The notes under the pieces are model-generated. The model was not told the DNA's origin, searched no databases, and was given only the letters and a program-made list of their open reading frames with translations. Shown here piece after piece: positions 9,885-18,524 of a stretch of 64,000 nt of DNA. The DNA comes from an uncultured Comamonadaceae bacterium (GTDB taxonomy: Bacteria > Pseudomonadota > Gammaproteobacteria > Burkholderiales > Burkholderiaceae_C): positions 38,164-102,163 of the forward strand of contig CAXDTK010000001.1 in the NCBI GenBank assembly GCA_963992225.1, written 5' to 3'. The translations under genes and the position numbers were made by a program. Within the stretch, counting starts at the first letter, position 1; each line of letters opens with the position of its first letter.

Positions 9885-11099
9885 TCAATCTGCTTCCACC
9901 TCTCCCGAGGATTCACCCCAATAGGCGTAGTTGAACAGTGCATCCAATTCCGTGAAGTCGGCCAGGCCCAGCGCCTGTCGCACCTCCTCGGCATGCTGGC
10001 AATACCTTGCGTAGTCGTCGGGACCGACGTTTTGCTTGTTTGGATGTAGGGGATATGCCCTGATCCCGGCCAATGCCAGCCCCGACACCGCGTTTTGGTT
10101 CATCACCGCGAACCGCTTGTTGTCAAGTGCGTGCAGCACCTCGGTCAGTAGGTTGATGCCTGCTCGCGGGATGTGCTCGAAGTGCGCATGAAGAACTGCG
10201 AAGGCGTCTCCAGGTGGGAGAGTGCCTTGGCCCACGATGTCTCTTACCGCTGCGACGAACTGACCTGGATGCTCCGCGATTCGGTTCTTGCCGCGATGCA
10301 AGCCACCCGAATGGAGCAGGCCGATCAACGTTTCAAATCGGGCCAGGAACCCTTGACTCGTATTCCCACGCGCGACGGCCCATTCCTCCAACATCCGCCT
10401 TGCCTGGCGAAGGTTGCCCTTTCGTAGGGCTTTCTGTTCCGTGAAGCCATGTTCTGAATCGTCGCTTTTCATCAACTCCAGAATGCCGGCCAACGTCGTG
10501 AAGTTCGGGCCAATCGCGCTGCTTGCCTTCTGCGCACGCTTCTTGGCCACCTTTCGGAAGATGTCGTGGATGACGTACTCCCGTTCATAGGCGTCAATGC
10601 GGTCCCTGGTCGCCGGGACGATGATTTCGTCATCGATCAGAGCGTCGAAATGCTGAGTGACCGAGGCCATCAGCGTGTCGCTCGTGCCCTCGACCAAGGC
10701 TGATGCCTCATAGTTGGCGTAGAGGCCTCCTTGTGTGAAATTGGCCGATCCGACGATCACCGAGCATCCCTTGCTGTGCTGAAAGGCGTAGATCTTCGGA
10801 TGGAATGTCTCGCTGGAATCACTGAGGTACAGCTTGAGCGCGTGTTCTTTGGTCAGCTCCAGCAGCTTTCGGAGCACGACGGGCTCGGTCAGATAGAAGT
10901 CGAGGCCGATTGCAAATCGGGCTTCCAGTCCGCGCTCAAGCGCCTTGCGCAGTGACTTCAGCAGCCCGTTCAGGGCCGATGCCTTCGCAAAGGCCACCAA
11001 GCATTCCAGGCGCTCCGCCTGCTTCAGCAGTTTCACGAGCTTGTCGCCGTGCCCGCGTTCCTCGTTCACCAGCAGTTGAACGGCGGTCTCATCCTTCAT
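9885..11099 (-). CDS. Stand-alone phospholipase D-family (HKD) nuclease with helical C-terminal domain; candidate defence gene
   Basis: Start ATG 11099 with GAAGGGGG RBS; FHPKIYAF...VIVGSANFTQGGLYANYEAS is the PLD-nuclease motif; antisense to neighbours and visibly less GC-rich. Confidence 0.8.
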   Translation of the reverse strand: MKDETAVQLLVNEERGHGDKLVKLLKQAERLECLVAFAKASALNGLLKSLRKALERGLEARFAIGLDFYLTEPVVLRKLLELTKEHALKLYLSDSSETFHPKIYAFQHSKGCSVIVGSANFTQGGLYANYEASALVEGTSDTLMASVTQHFDALIDDEIIVPATRDRIDAYEREYVIHDIFRKVAKKRAQKASSAIGPNFTTLAGILELMKSDDSEHGFTEQKALRKGNLRQARRMLEEWAVARGNTSQGFLARFETLIGLLHSGGLHRGKNRIAEHPGQFVAAVRDIVGQGTLPPGDAFAVLHAHFEHIPRAGINLLTEVLHALDNKRFAVMNQNAVSGLALAGIRAYPLHPNKQNVGPDDYARYCQHAEEVRQALGLADFTELDALFNYAYWGESSGEVEAD

Positions 11100-11198
11100 C
11101 GTTTGACCCCCTTCTTGCGTGCGGCAGCCCCAAACCAGGGGCAACCAATGGCCATTGTCCAGGTCTGCCTGCAGGCTCGGTCCTCTCCTGCCAGGCAT

Positions 11199-11215
11199 CT
11201 ATCCCCAGGGGATAG
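11199..11215. repeat. 17-bp palindrome CTATCCCCAGGGGATAG, copy 2
   Basis: Identical to 9835-9851. Confidence 0.95.
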
Positions 11216-11337
11216 CAGACACAGATCACCTTCCAGCGACTGGAAAACCAGGAGCGGCGCGGTTGCGGTTTGTTGACTGACGCCCTTCCGGGCGATGCCG
11301 ATGCTGGCGACTCGTTCCCTTACCGCGAGTCGTCACC

Positions 11338-12111
11338 ATGTCCAACGAATCCCAGCAGCCCCTGCAATTGAATCTCGGATCGCTGCGCAGCGCGATGTCA
11401 CTGACGCTGCACACCCACCACGCTTCACGCATCTGGCATGGCCGAGCGCCCGCTGAGGGCCGGCCCGGGATCATCGGCCTCAACGGCTACATCAGCGTGA
11501 TGAACAAGATGAAGCGCGGGGCCGAACAGGACGATCCTTACTCGGACTGGTGGATGCTGCGCATCGAGGACAAGCTGACGCAGACCAAGGCGAGCTTGCA
11601 GGCGCTGCGCGAGCAGGTGGACCAGGCGCTGGCCGACGTGCCACCCGCACTGTCGCTGGGCGAAAACATGAACGTGCAGCCCGTGAAGCTGCCGCTGTTC
11701 GTCAATGCGCAGCTCGGCTTCATGGCGGTGTACCTGCTGGCCGACTACGACGACCTGGCACGCAAGCTGATCCTCGCCCACCACACTGCGCTAATCGACC
11801 GCGGCACGTTGGAACGCTGGCTCAACGACGGCGCGCACGCGCTGCGCAGCCTGTTCTCCCTGGCACAGCAGTACCGCTACGCCGGCGCGACTCGCGACGA
11901 CTTCGCCTCGAAGAACGCGGTGGCGCGGGCAGCGCTGGAGAAGTTCGGCGAGCTGCCGCAGGACGTGCTCGAAGGCACGCGCCGCTCGCGCTTTGCGCCA
12001 CCGATCGCGCGGCGGGCGGGCAAGCCTGGTGCAACCGCTGAGGCCGCGCCCGTCGCTGGCGCAGCCGACGTGGCGGACGACGATCTGGACGGCGAAGGCG
12101 CCAAGGCATGA
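11338..12111 (+). CDS. PFL_4669/TIGR03761-family ICE protein (InrR-like)
   Basis: LGSLRSAMSLTLHTHHASRIWHGR, DDPYSDWWMLRIE, GTRRSRFAPPI. Confidence 0.8.
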   Translation: MSNESQQPLQLNLGSLRSAMSLTLHTHHASRIWHGRAPAEGRPGIIGLNGYISVMNKMKRGAEQDDPYSDWWMLRIEDKLTQTKASLQALREQVDQALADVPPALSLGENMNVQPVKLPLFVNAQLGFMAVYLLADYDDLARKLILAHHTALIDRGTLERWLNDGAHALRSLFSLAQQYRYAGATRDDFASKNAVARAALEKFGELPQDVLEGTRRSRFAPPIARRAGKPGATAEAAPVAGAADVADDDLDGEGAKA

Positions 12112-12659
12112 CGGCATCGCCTTCGACCGGCCAACCGGCGCGCTTCCTGCCGCTGGAACAGGCGGACTTCCAGCGCCTGGAACACGCGGGCTACCTAAAA
12201 GGCCTTTTACAGCCTTTTAAGGGTAAGGGGAGTCTGGAGGCCTGGGCCAGCCAGTGCACGGCGCTGCGCGATGACGTGATCGGCTTGGCGCAGCGGCGTG
12301 TGCTGCAACAGGCGCGGGCCTATCCCTTCTCGCTGCTCGATGTGCAACTGGCCCAGCAGACCACTGGCGCAGGCACGACCTTCCTGCGCTGGCGCAACCA
12401 CGATCGTTCCTCGATGGGCGTGGCGCTGTGGGAGTCGCTGCTCGACCGCCCGGCAACGCCGGCCTCGCTGATCGATGACCTGTACGCGATGGAGTTGCAG
12501 CGCATCGCGCTGAACATGCAGATCAGCCTCCTTCACACGCTGGGCCGCCAGGCCCAGGAGTGCGCCAGCAAGGCCGCGCAGGCCGAAGCGGCTTACCTGC
12601 GGCGTGTCCACGGGCATGCCGCGTCCGTTCCATCCACCACCCCCAAGGAGTCACCATGA
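12108..12659 (+). CDS. DUF3158-family ICE protein
   Basis: LKGLLQPFKGKG, GTTFLRWRN, LNMQISLLH; between inrR-like and ssb. Confidence 0.75.
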   Translation: MTASPSTGQPARFLPLEQADFQRLEHAGYLKGLLQPFKGKGSLEAWASQCTALRDDVIGLAQRRVLQQARAYPFSLLDVQLAQQTTGAGTTFLRWRNHDRSSMGVALWESLLDRPATPASLIDDLYAMELQRIALNMQISLLHTLGRQAQECASKAAQAEAAYLRRVHGHAASVPSTTPKESP

Positions 12660-13105
12660 GCACGCACTTCGTCGGCGAGGGCAACATCGGTTCCGCGCCG
12701 GACTATCGCGAATTCCCCAACGGCAACGACGAGCCGCGCCGGCTACTGCGCCTGAACGTCTACTTCGACAACCCGATCCCGAAGAAGGACGGCGAGTACG
12801 AGGACCGCGGCGGGTTCTGGGCACCCGTGGAGCTGTGGCACCGCGACGCCGACCACTGGCAGACGCTGTACCAGAAGGGCATGCGGGTGCTGGTGGAAGG
12901 CCGCACCGTGAAGGACGAGTGGGAAGACGCCGACGACAACGAGCGCACCACCTTCAAGATCGAGGCCCGGCGCATTGGCATTCTGCCGTACCGCCTCCAG
13001 GCTGTGACCCTCAGCGCCAGGACGCTGGAACCCGAGGCGGCAGTACCGCCGCCGAAGGAAACCAAGGGGACGAAGGCGCCGAAGGAAACCAAGGCCAAGG
13101 GCTGA
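12656..13105 (+). CDS. ssb: Single-stranded DNA-binding protein (ICE type)
   Basis: MSTHFVGEGNIGSAPDYREF, LYQKGMRVLVEGR OB-fold; GGAG RBS. Confidence 0.88.
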   Translation: MSTHFVGEGNIGSAPDYREFPNGNDEPRRLLRLNVYFDNPIPKKDGEYEDRGGFWAPVELWHRDADHWQTLYQKGMRVLVEGRTVKDEWEDADDNERTTFKIEARRIGILPYRLQAVTLSARTLEPEAAVPPPKETKGTKAPKETKAKG

Positions 13106-13157
13106 TTCCCCCGCAGGGGGCGGCTGTAGCAACCGTCAGACGCCCGCCATGCACCAG

Positions 13158-13174
13158 CTATCCCCAGGGGATAG
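13158..13174. repeat. 17-bp palindrome CTATCCCCAGGGGATAG, copy 3 (extends to 19 bp, 13157-13175)
   Basis: Identical core in the ssb-topB spacer. Confidence 0.95.
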
Positions 13175-13385
13175 CGCCAGGGTGTTCCACCGAGTTCCAG
13201 CCGCCCTCCCGAAACGACGCTCCCGCTGCGCCAGCCTTTGCGGTCAGGTCGTACCTGCTGCGGCAACGCATCGCCCGCCGTTCACAAAGCGGTGTCTATG
13301 CCGATCGGCTTCCTTGCTGCCGTCATCCGCTGGCCCGGCCAAGCTGGGGGCCATCCGATGAACCGCACACTTCCAAGGAGGCTTC

Positions 13386-15404
13386 ATGCGCGTGTTCCTG
13401 TGCGAGAAGCCGTCCCAGGGCAAGGACATCGCCCGTGTACTGGGCGCGGGCCAACGCGGCAACGGCTGCTACAGCGGTGCGGGTGTCGTCGTGACCTGGT
13501 GCATCGGTCATCTGGTCGAAGCGGTTGCGCCCGAAGGCTATGGCGAGCAGTACAAGCGCTGGGCCATCGAGCAACTGCCCATTCTTCCCGAGCGCTGGCG
13601 TGTCGAACCCAAGGCGGCGACCGCGGCGCAGTTCAAGGTCGTGCAGCAGCTCGTCGCCAAGGCGGGCGAGCTGGTGATCGCGACTGACGCCGACCGCGAA
13701 GGCGAGATGATCGCCCGCGAAATCATCGAGCTGTGCGGCTACCGCGGCCCAATCCAGCGGTTGTGGCTGTCCGCGCTCAACGATGCGTCGATCCGCAAGG
13801 CCCTGGCGGCGCTCAAGCCGTCCGTCGAGACGCTGCCGCTGTACTTCTCCGCGCTCGCCCGATCGCGTGCCGACTGGCTGATCGGGATGAACCTAAGCCG
13901 CCTGTTCACGTTGCTCGGGCGCCAGGCCGGCTACAACGGCGTGCTGTCGGTCGGGCGTGTGCAGACGCCCACGCTCAAGCTGGTCGTGGACCGTGATCGC
14001 GAGATCGCACGCTTCGTCTCGGTGCCGTTCTGGGCCATCGAGGTCGCGCTTTCGCATGCGGGCCAGTCCTTCGTCGCAAGCTGGATGCCGCCGCAGGGCA
14101 GCGCCGACGACGCCGGCCGCTGCCTGCAGCAGCCGGTGGCGCAGCAGGCAACCGCACAACTGCGCGCGGCCGGCGCCGCCCAGGTGCTGTCGGTGGAGAC
14201 CGAGCGCGTGCGCGAAGGCCCGCCGCTGCCGTTCGACCTCGGCACCTTGCAGGAGGTGTGCTCCAAGCAGTTGGGCCTCGACGTGCAGGAAACGCTGGAC
14301 ATTGCCCAGGCGCTGTACGAGACGCACAAGGCGACCACGTATCCGCGCTCGGATTCAGGCTACCTGCCCGAGAGCATGCTGGCAGATGTGCCGGCCGTCC
14401 TCGACAGCCTGGTCAAGACCGATCCCAGCCTGCGACCGCTGATCGACCGCCTGGATCGCCAACAGCGTTCGCGGGCCTGGAACGACGGCAAGATCACGGC
14501 GCACCACGGCATCATTCCGACGCTGGAACCGGCCAACCTCTCGGCGATGAGCGACAAGGAGCTGGCCGTCTACCGATTGGTCCGCGCGCACTACCTCGCG
14601 CAGTTCCTGCCGCATCACGAGTTCGACCGGACGGTGGCGCAGCTTACGTGCGGCGGGCAGTCGCTGGTCGCGGTCGGCAAGCAGATCGCGGTGGCCGGAT
14701 GGCGCCAGGTGCTGGCGGCGCCGGAGCCCGACGACACGGACGGCGAGGACGCGCAGCGCGGCCAGGTGCTGCCGGCGTTGCGCGCCGGGGCCTCCTGCCA
14801 GGTCGGCCAGGTCGAACTGAAGGCGTTGAAGACGCTGCCGCCCAAGCCCTACACGCAAGGCGAACTGGTCAAAGCCATGAAAGGCGTCGCCAAGCTAGTG
14901 ACCGACCCGCGCCTGAAGCAGAAGCTCAAGGACACCACGGGCATCGGCACCGAGGCCACACGTGCCAACATCATCAGCGGGTTGCTGGCCCGCGGTTATC
15001 TCTTGAAGAAGGGCCGTGCCATCCGCGCGTCGGATGCGGCATTCACGCTGATCGACGCGGTGCCGGCGGCCATCGCCGATCCGGGCACGACGGCGGTGTG
15101 GGAGCAGGCGCTGGACATGATCGAGGCCGGTCAGATGACGCTGGACACCTTCATCGCCAAGCAATCGAGCTGGGTCGCCCAGCTCGTGCAGCAGTACCGC
15201 AGCGCCACACTCGATCTCAAGCTGCCGCCTGCACCGAGCTGCCCGCAATGCGGCGCCCCGATGCGCCAGCGCAGCGGCAAGAGCGGCGCGTTTTGGTCTT
15301 GCAGCCGCTATCCGGACTGCAAGGGCACGCAGCCGATCGAAGACGCCGCGGCAGGCAAGCGCGGCGCGTCCAGCCCGCGGCATCGGCGTCCCAAGGCGAG
15401 CTGA
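13386..15404 (+). CDS. topB: DNA topoisomerase III
   Basis: LCEKPSQ, ATDADREGE Toprim, SVGRVQTPTL, TYPRSD active-site Tyr, GIGTEATRA, C-terminal zinc ribbon. Confidence 0.95.
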   Translation: MRVFLCEKPSQGKDIARVLGAGQRGNGCYSGAGVVVTWCIGHLVEAVAPEGYGEQYKRWAIEQLPILPERWRVEPKAATAAQFKVVQQLVAKAGELVIATDADREGEMIAREIIELCGYRGPIQRLWLSALNDASIRKALAALKPSVETLPLYFSALARSRADWLIGMNLSRLFTLLGRQAGYNGVLSVGRVQTPTLKLVVDRDREIARFVSVPFWAIEVALSHAGQSFVASWMPPQGSADDAGRCLQQPVAQQATAQLRAAGAAQVLSVETERVREGPPLPFDLGTLQEVCSKQLGLDVQETLDIAQALYETHKATTYPRSDSGYLPESMLADVPAVLDSLVKTDPSLRPLIDRLDRQQRSRAWNDGKITAHHGIIPTLEPANLSAMSDKELAVYRLVRAHYLAQFLPHHEFDRTVAQLTCGGQSLVAVGKQIAVAGWRQVLAAPEPDDTDGEDAQRGQVLPALRAGASCQVGQVELKALKTLPPKPYTQGELVKAMKGVAKLVTDPRLKQKLKDTTGIGTEATRANIISGLLARGYLLKKGRAIRASDAAFTLIDAVPAAIADPGTTAVWEQALDMIEAGQMTLDTFIAKQSSWVAQLVQQYRSATLDLKLPPAPSCPQCGAPMRQRSGKSGAFWSCSRYPDCKGTQPIEDAAAGKRGASSPRHRRPKAS

Positions 15405-15608
15405 CGCCCACGTCTCCCTCTGCCACGCCGGCTGCTGCCGACGGCGGGGCAAACCTCCCGCGCCCCGCGGGACTCCCCAGCGCGCGTTCCCTTCTGCAAC
15501 GGTGTGCGCGTCCTGCACGGACCGATCACGGCTTGCAGGGCGAGAAGGTCATTGCTCCATCGAATCGCGCTCGTCGCGGTTCCGTTGATCGAGGTGCTTC
15601 CGCCATCC

Positions 15609-15667
15609 GTGAGCGGTCTCCTGACGCCTTGGCTTGCAATGCTGCGAGGTGTCAGGAGACCGCTCGC
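15609..15667. repeat. Long inverted repeat in a ~600-bp ORF-poor spacer
   Basis: GAGCGGTCTCCTGAC (15611-15625) is the exact reverse complement of 15651-15665; extends with G-T pairs. Confidence 0.85.
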
Positions 15668-15992
15668 GGTCGACGGTATTCGGTGCCGGTGCCCGCCGGC
15701 GGAACAACGGGTTCCCTTTGTGTGTGGATACACGCCAGAGGATGCCGGCCCCAGCCACGAAACGGGCCGGGTGAGATTGCTGACGCAGCGAATGGCTTTG
15801 ACGACGGCCTGGCCTGCTTGCAGCCCACAGGTGGATTGATTCCTCTCCAGCCGAAGTCCCTCGGGGCTTCGGCGCCTTTGTCGTGGGCGGACGGATCGTG
15901 CACCGCTCCTGCCGGCAGTGCTCGGGCCAAATCGGACGACGCGCAGTTCCGTTTGATCGGCGACGGTGCGCTTCGGGGCTTCCATCCTTCCT

Positions 15993-16070
15993 GCATGTGT
16001 CGCTGACGGTCGTCAGCAGCATGCCCTGGCAGCCCAGGTCTTCAAGGCTGCAACGCGGTTCGCCACGTTG
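15993..16070 (+). repeat. Three-hairpin element, copy 1
   Basis: GCTGAC/GTCAGC, CATGCCC, GCAGCC-N11-GGCTGC, TTCG loop. Confidence 0.75.
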
Positions 16071-16210
16071 ACCGATCCAGTCCGCTTCGCACCGACCACC
16101 GCGGACGCGTGTCATCACGACGCGGGTGCTTTTCATGTTCAACCCTTCGGGAAGTGTCCCGCTCCCGAAAGGGCGTGGTGCTCCCGGTCTTCAACTACCA
16201 GGAGAAACCC

Positions 16211-16462
16211 ATGTCCCTTGCGTTCGCATCGGCACCTTTGAGTGCTGAACAGGCCCGCGCCGAATCCATCGGCTACCAGGCTCTGGCCTACGTCGGCAAG
16301 CGCCTGCCCCTGCAGGTGCTGTGCAGCGCGGCCGGCCACTACATCGGCACCGCCGATGTGGACGGCCCGGTCTCGCGCGAGTCGGTCAGCTACTTCCGCT
16401 CGCACCACGCCGCCGAGCACGCCCTGCAAACGGGCCGCTGGCAGCAGCGACTCAACCCGTGA
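16211..16462 (+). CDS. Conserved ICE hypothetical protein
   Basis: GGAG RBS, GC-typical codons; LQVLCSAAGHYIGT...PVSRESVSYF. Confidence 0.7.
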   Translation: MSLAFASAPLSAEQARAESIGYQALAYVGKRLPLQVLCSAAGHYIGTADVDGPVSRESVSYFRSHHAAEHALQTGRWQQRLNP

Positions 16463-16486
16463 TGTCCAACCACCAGGAGCCAAGTC

Positions 16487-16879
16487 ATGAACCGTGCCCT
16501 GCCTCAAGAGGTACTTGATCAGATTGAGCTGGAACACCAGCACTTCGCTGCCGCACCCCAAGCCTTCTTCGAGGCATGGAAGCGCGGCGTCCACATCGCC
16601 GGAGCCGAATGGTTCGGCGACGGAACCCGCGAAGGCCTGCGGCGTGCCACCACCAAGTGGGATCTGCGGCCAAAGCTGATGATGCTCAACGACGCCCTCG
16701 GCGTCCTGAGCAGCGGCCAGCGGATGTTCCTGTCCGCGATGGTGAGCTTCTACAACGCCCGTGAGGGCGGTGCGATGCTCAAGCGTTGCGGCTTCGAGGG
16801 TCTGTCCGACCTGGGCGGCCTCGACCTGGAACGGCGCAAGGTCATCGCCGACCTGACGCTGAACTACAACGGCTGGTGA
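16487..16879 (+). CDS. Conserved ICE hypothetical protein
   Basis: AGGAG RBS; FFEAWKRGVHIAG, SSGQRMFLSAMVSFYN. Confidence 0.7.
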   Translation: MNRALPQEVLDQIELEHQHFAAAPQAFFEAWKRGVHIAGAEWFGDGTREGLRRATTKWDLRPKLMMLNDALGVLSSGQRMFLSAMVSFYNAREGGAMLKRCGFEGLSDLGGLDLERRKVIADLTLNYNGW

Positions 16880-16979
16880 GCTGCTTCGGCCCGCCAACGT
16901 TCTTCCTTTTCTCCCACCCCACGAGGGACATGCGTCCCTATGCGGGGCCATGTCCCTCCTTTCTTCATAGGAGTGAATC

Positions 16980-17434
16980 ATGTCCCCTGACTTTTCCATC
17001 GGTCTGCTCGTGACCGACGACGACATCGATGCGGTCATCCTGGAAGGTTGGCCGGCCGACGTGCGCAAGCCGCGCATGGTGGTATTCGACTACGCCGGCA
17101 ACGATGTGCAAGACGAGTATGTGCTGCATGTCAGCAGCGGAACTCCGAACACCGGATTGACCGGGCGCGAGGTTTTTCCGGTCGAGTACGGCCCTAACTG
17201 CCGTTACCCATCGCCCGCTGAAGTCCTTTCGGTGCTCGATGCACGCAAGCCGGCCGAAAAACCTTCCGCGCTGAGCATCGCCCGCAACGTACACCAAAGC
17301 ATCCTTGACTTGGATGCGCGGCTTGATCGCCTGGAGCAGGCGACGACTACAACAGCCTGTACCAGCTTGCGAATGGCGGCCTGATCGACCTGTTGAAGGT
17401 GCTGGGCGACCCGTCCTCTACCGCTGCCGGCTGA
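16980..17434 (+). pseudogene. Hypothetical protein with apparent frameshift near 17340
   Basis: GGAG RBS at start; after LEQ the protein-like tail DDYNSLYQLANGGLIDLLKVLG continues in another frame to TGA 17434. Confidence 0.5.
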
Positions 17435-17514
17435 CCGGCTGCCACTTCATCCACCCGCTGGGGTTCAATCCCCAGCAGGGGATTGCCTCGGCCATCCTCT
17501 GCTGGAGAAATCCC

Positions 17515-18231
17515 ATGTCCTACTCGAACAACAATCCCTTTGTCCGCGGCTACGACGGCCTGTCCGTCCAGCGGCTGCTTGCCATCTCCTACGACGACGA
17601 CTGCCCGCTGACCTACCTGCCCCTGCATCCCTCGCAGTCGAATCTGCCGGACAGCCAGGTCGAACGGCGGGCCTGCATCTTCTCGGACGACTTCGTGCTG
17701 ATCACCGAGGACCAAGCGGTCCCCGATGAACTGCAAGCGCAATGCCGCAGCCACGGGCTCGCCCGCAACGTTGTCTATGCCGTGATGGCCGAGGAAGACG
17801 GCAAGCCGCTGCACGTGGGCGACACCTACTCCGAAGAAGCGGCGCGGGAAGTCGTGCGGCGCCTGCGCTATGAAACGGGCTACTACAGCCGGTGCTGGGA
17901 GATCAGCAGCGCGCACCTCGACGCCGACGCGCATCGCTTCCTCTCCGAGCTGGCGGACATCGCCACGCCGACGCTGTTCCTGTTCGTCGCCTTCCGCATC
18001 CCGTACAGCCCGGCCATCGGGTTGAAGCTGATCGCCACGCCCTGGACCGACGAGAACCTGCGCGCGGTCGAAGGCACCACGGCCAAGCGGCTGATGCAGG
18101 AGCACCGCAAGAAGGGCATGCCGGAATCCCTGGTGCAGGTGCTGCACCTGGCCGCGCTCGCCGACGTGCGCATGCTGGTCTTCGATGCCGATGCGCAGGT
18201 GCTGGACGGCCTGCCGATCTACGACGACTGA
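17515..18231 (+). CDS. Conserved ICE hypothetical protein
   Basis: GGAG RBS; CWEISSAHL, LHLAALADVRMLVFDADA. Confidence 0.72.
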   Translation: MSYSNNNPFVRGYDGLSVQRLLAISYDDDCPLTYLPLHPSQSNLPDSQVERRACIFSDDFVLITEDQAVPDELQAQCRSHGLARNVVYAVMAEEDGKPLHVGDTYSEEAAREVVRRLRYETGYYSRCWEISSAHLDADAHRFLSELADIATPTLFLFVAFRIPYSPAIGLKLIATPWTDENLRAVEGTTAKRLMQEHRKKGMPESLVQVLHLAALADVRMLVFDADAQVLDGLPIYDD

Positions 18232-18341
18232 CACCACCTTTCGAGCCCCCACGCGGGGCTCGTTTCATTTCTGGACGAAGCCGGTGGCGGCGCAGTGCCG
18301 ATTCCCCCACGACGCTGGCCCACACCCGACGCACGCTGCTC

Positions 18342-18416
18342 GCATGTTCGCTGGCGTTGCCGGCAAGCATGCCCAGGCAGTCGAGACCTTCGAGGCTGCG
18401 GCACGGTTCGCCGCGC
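18342..18416 (+). repeat. Three-hairpin element, copy 2
   Basis: GCTGGC/GCCGGC, CATGCCCAG, GCAGTC-N11-GGCTGC, CGG-TTCG-CCG. Confidence 0.75.
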
Positions 18417-18524
18417 TGGTTGCTTTTCCTTCCACGGGCGCATGCGCGTCCATCCACCTCACCCCCAAGGGACATGCCTCCCTTGCGGGCGGAAGTTCCT
18501 TGGATTGCCACAAGGAGCCTCCTA

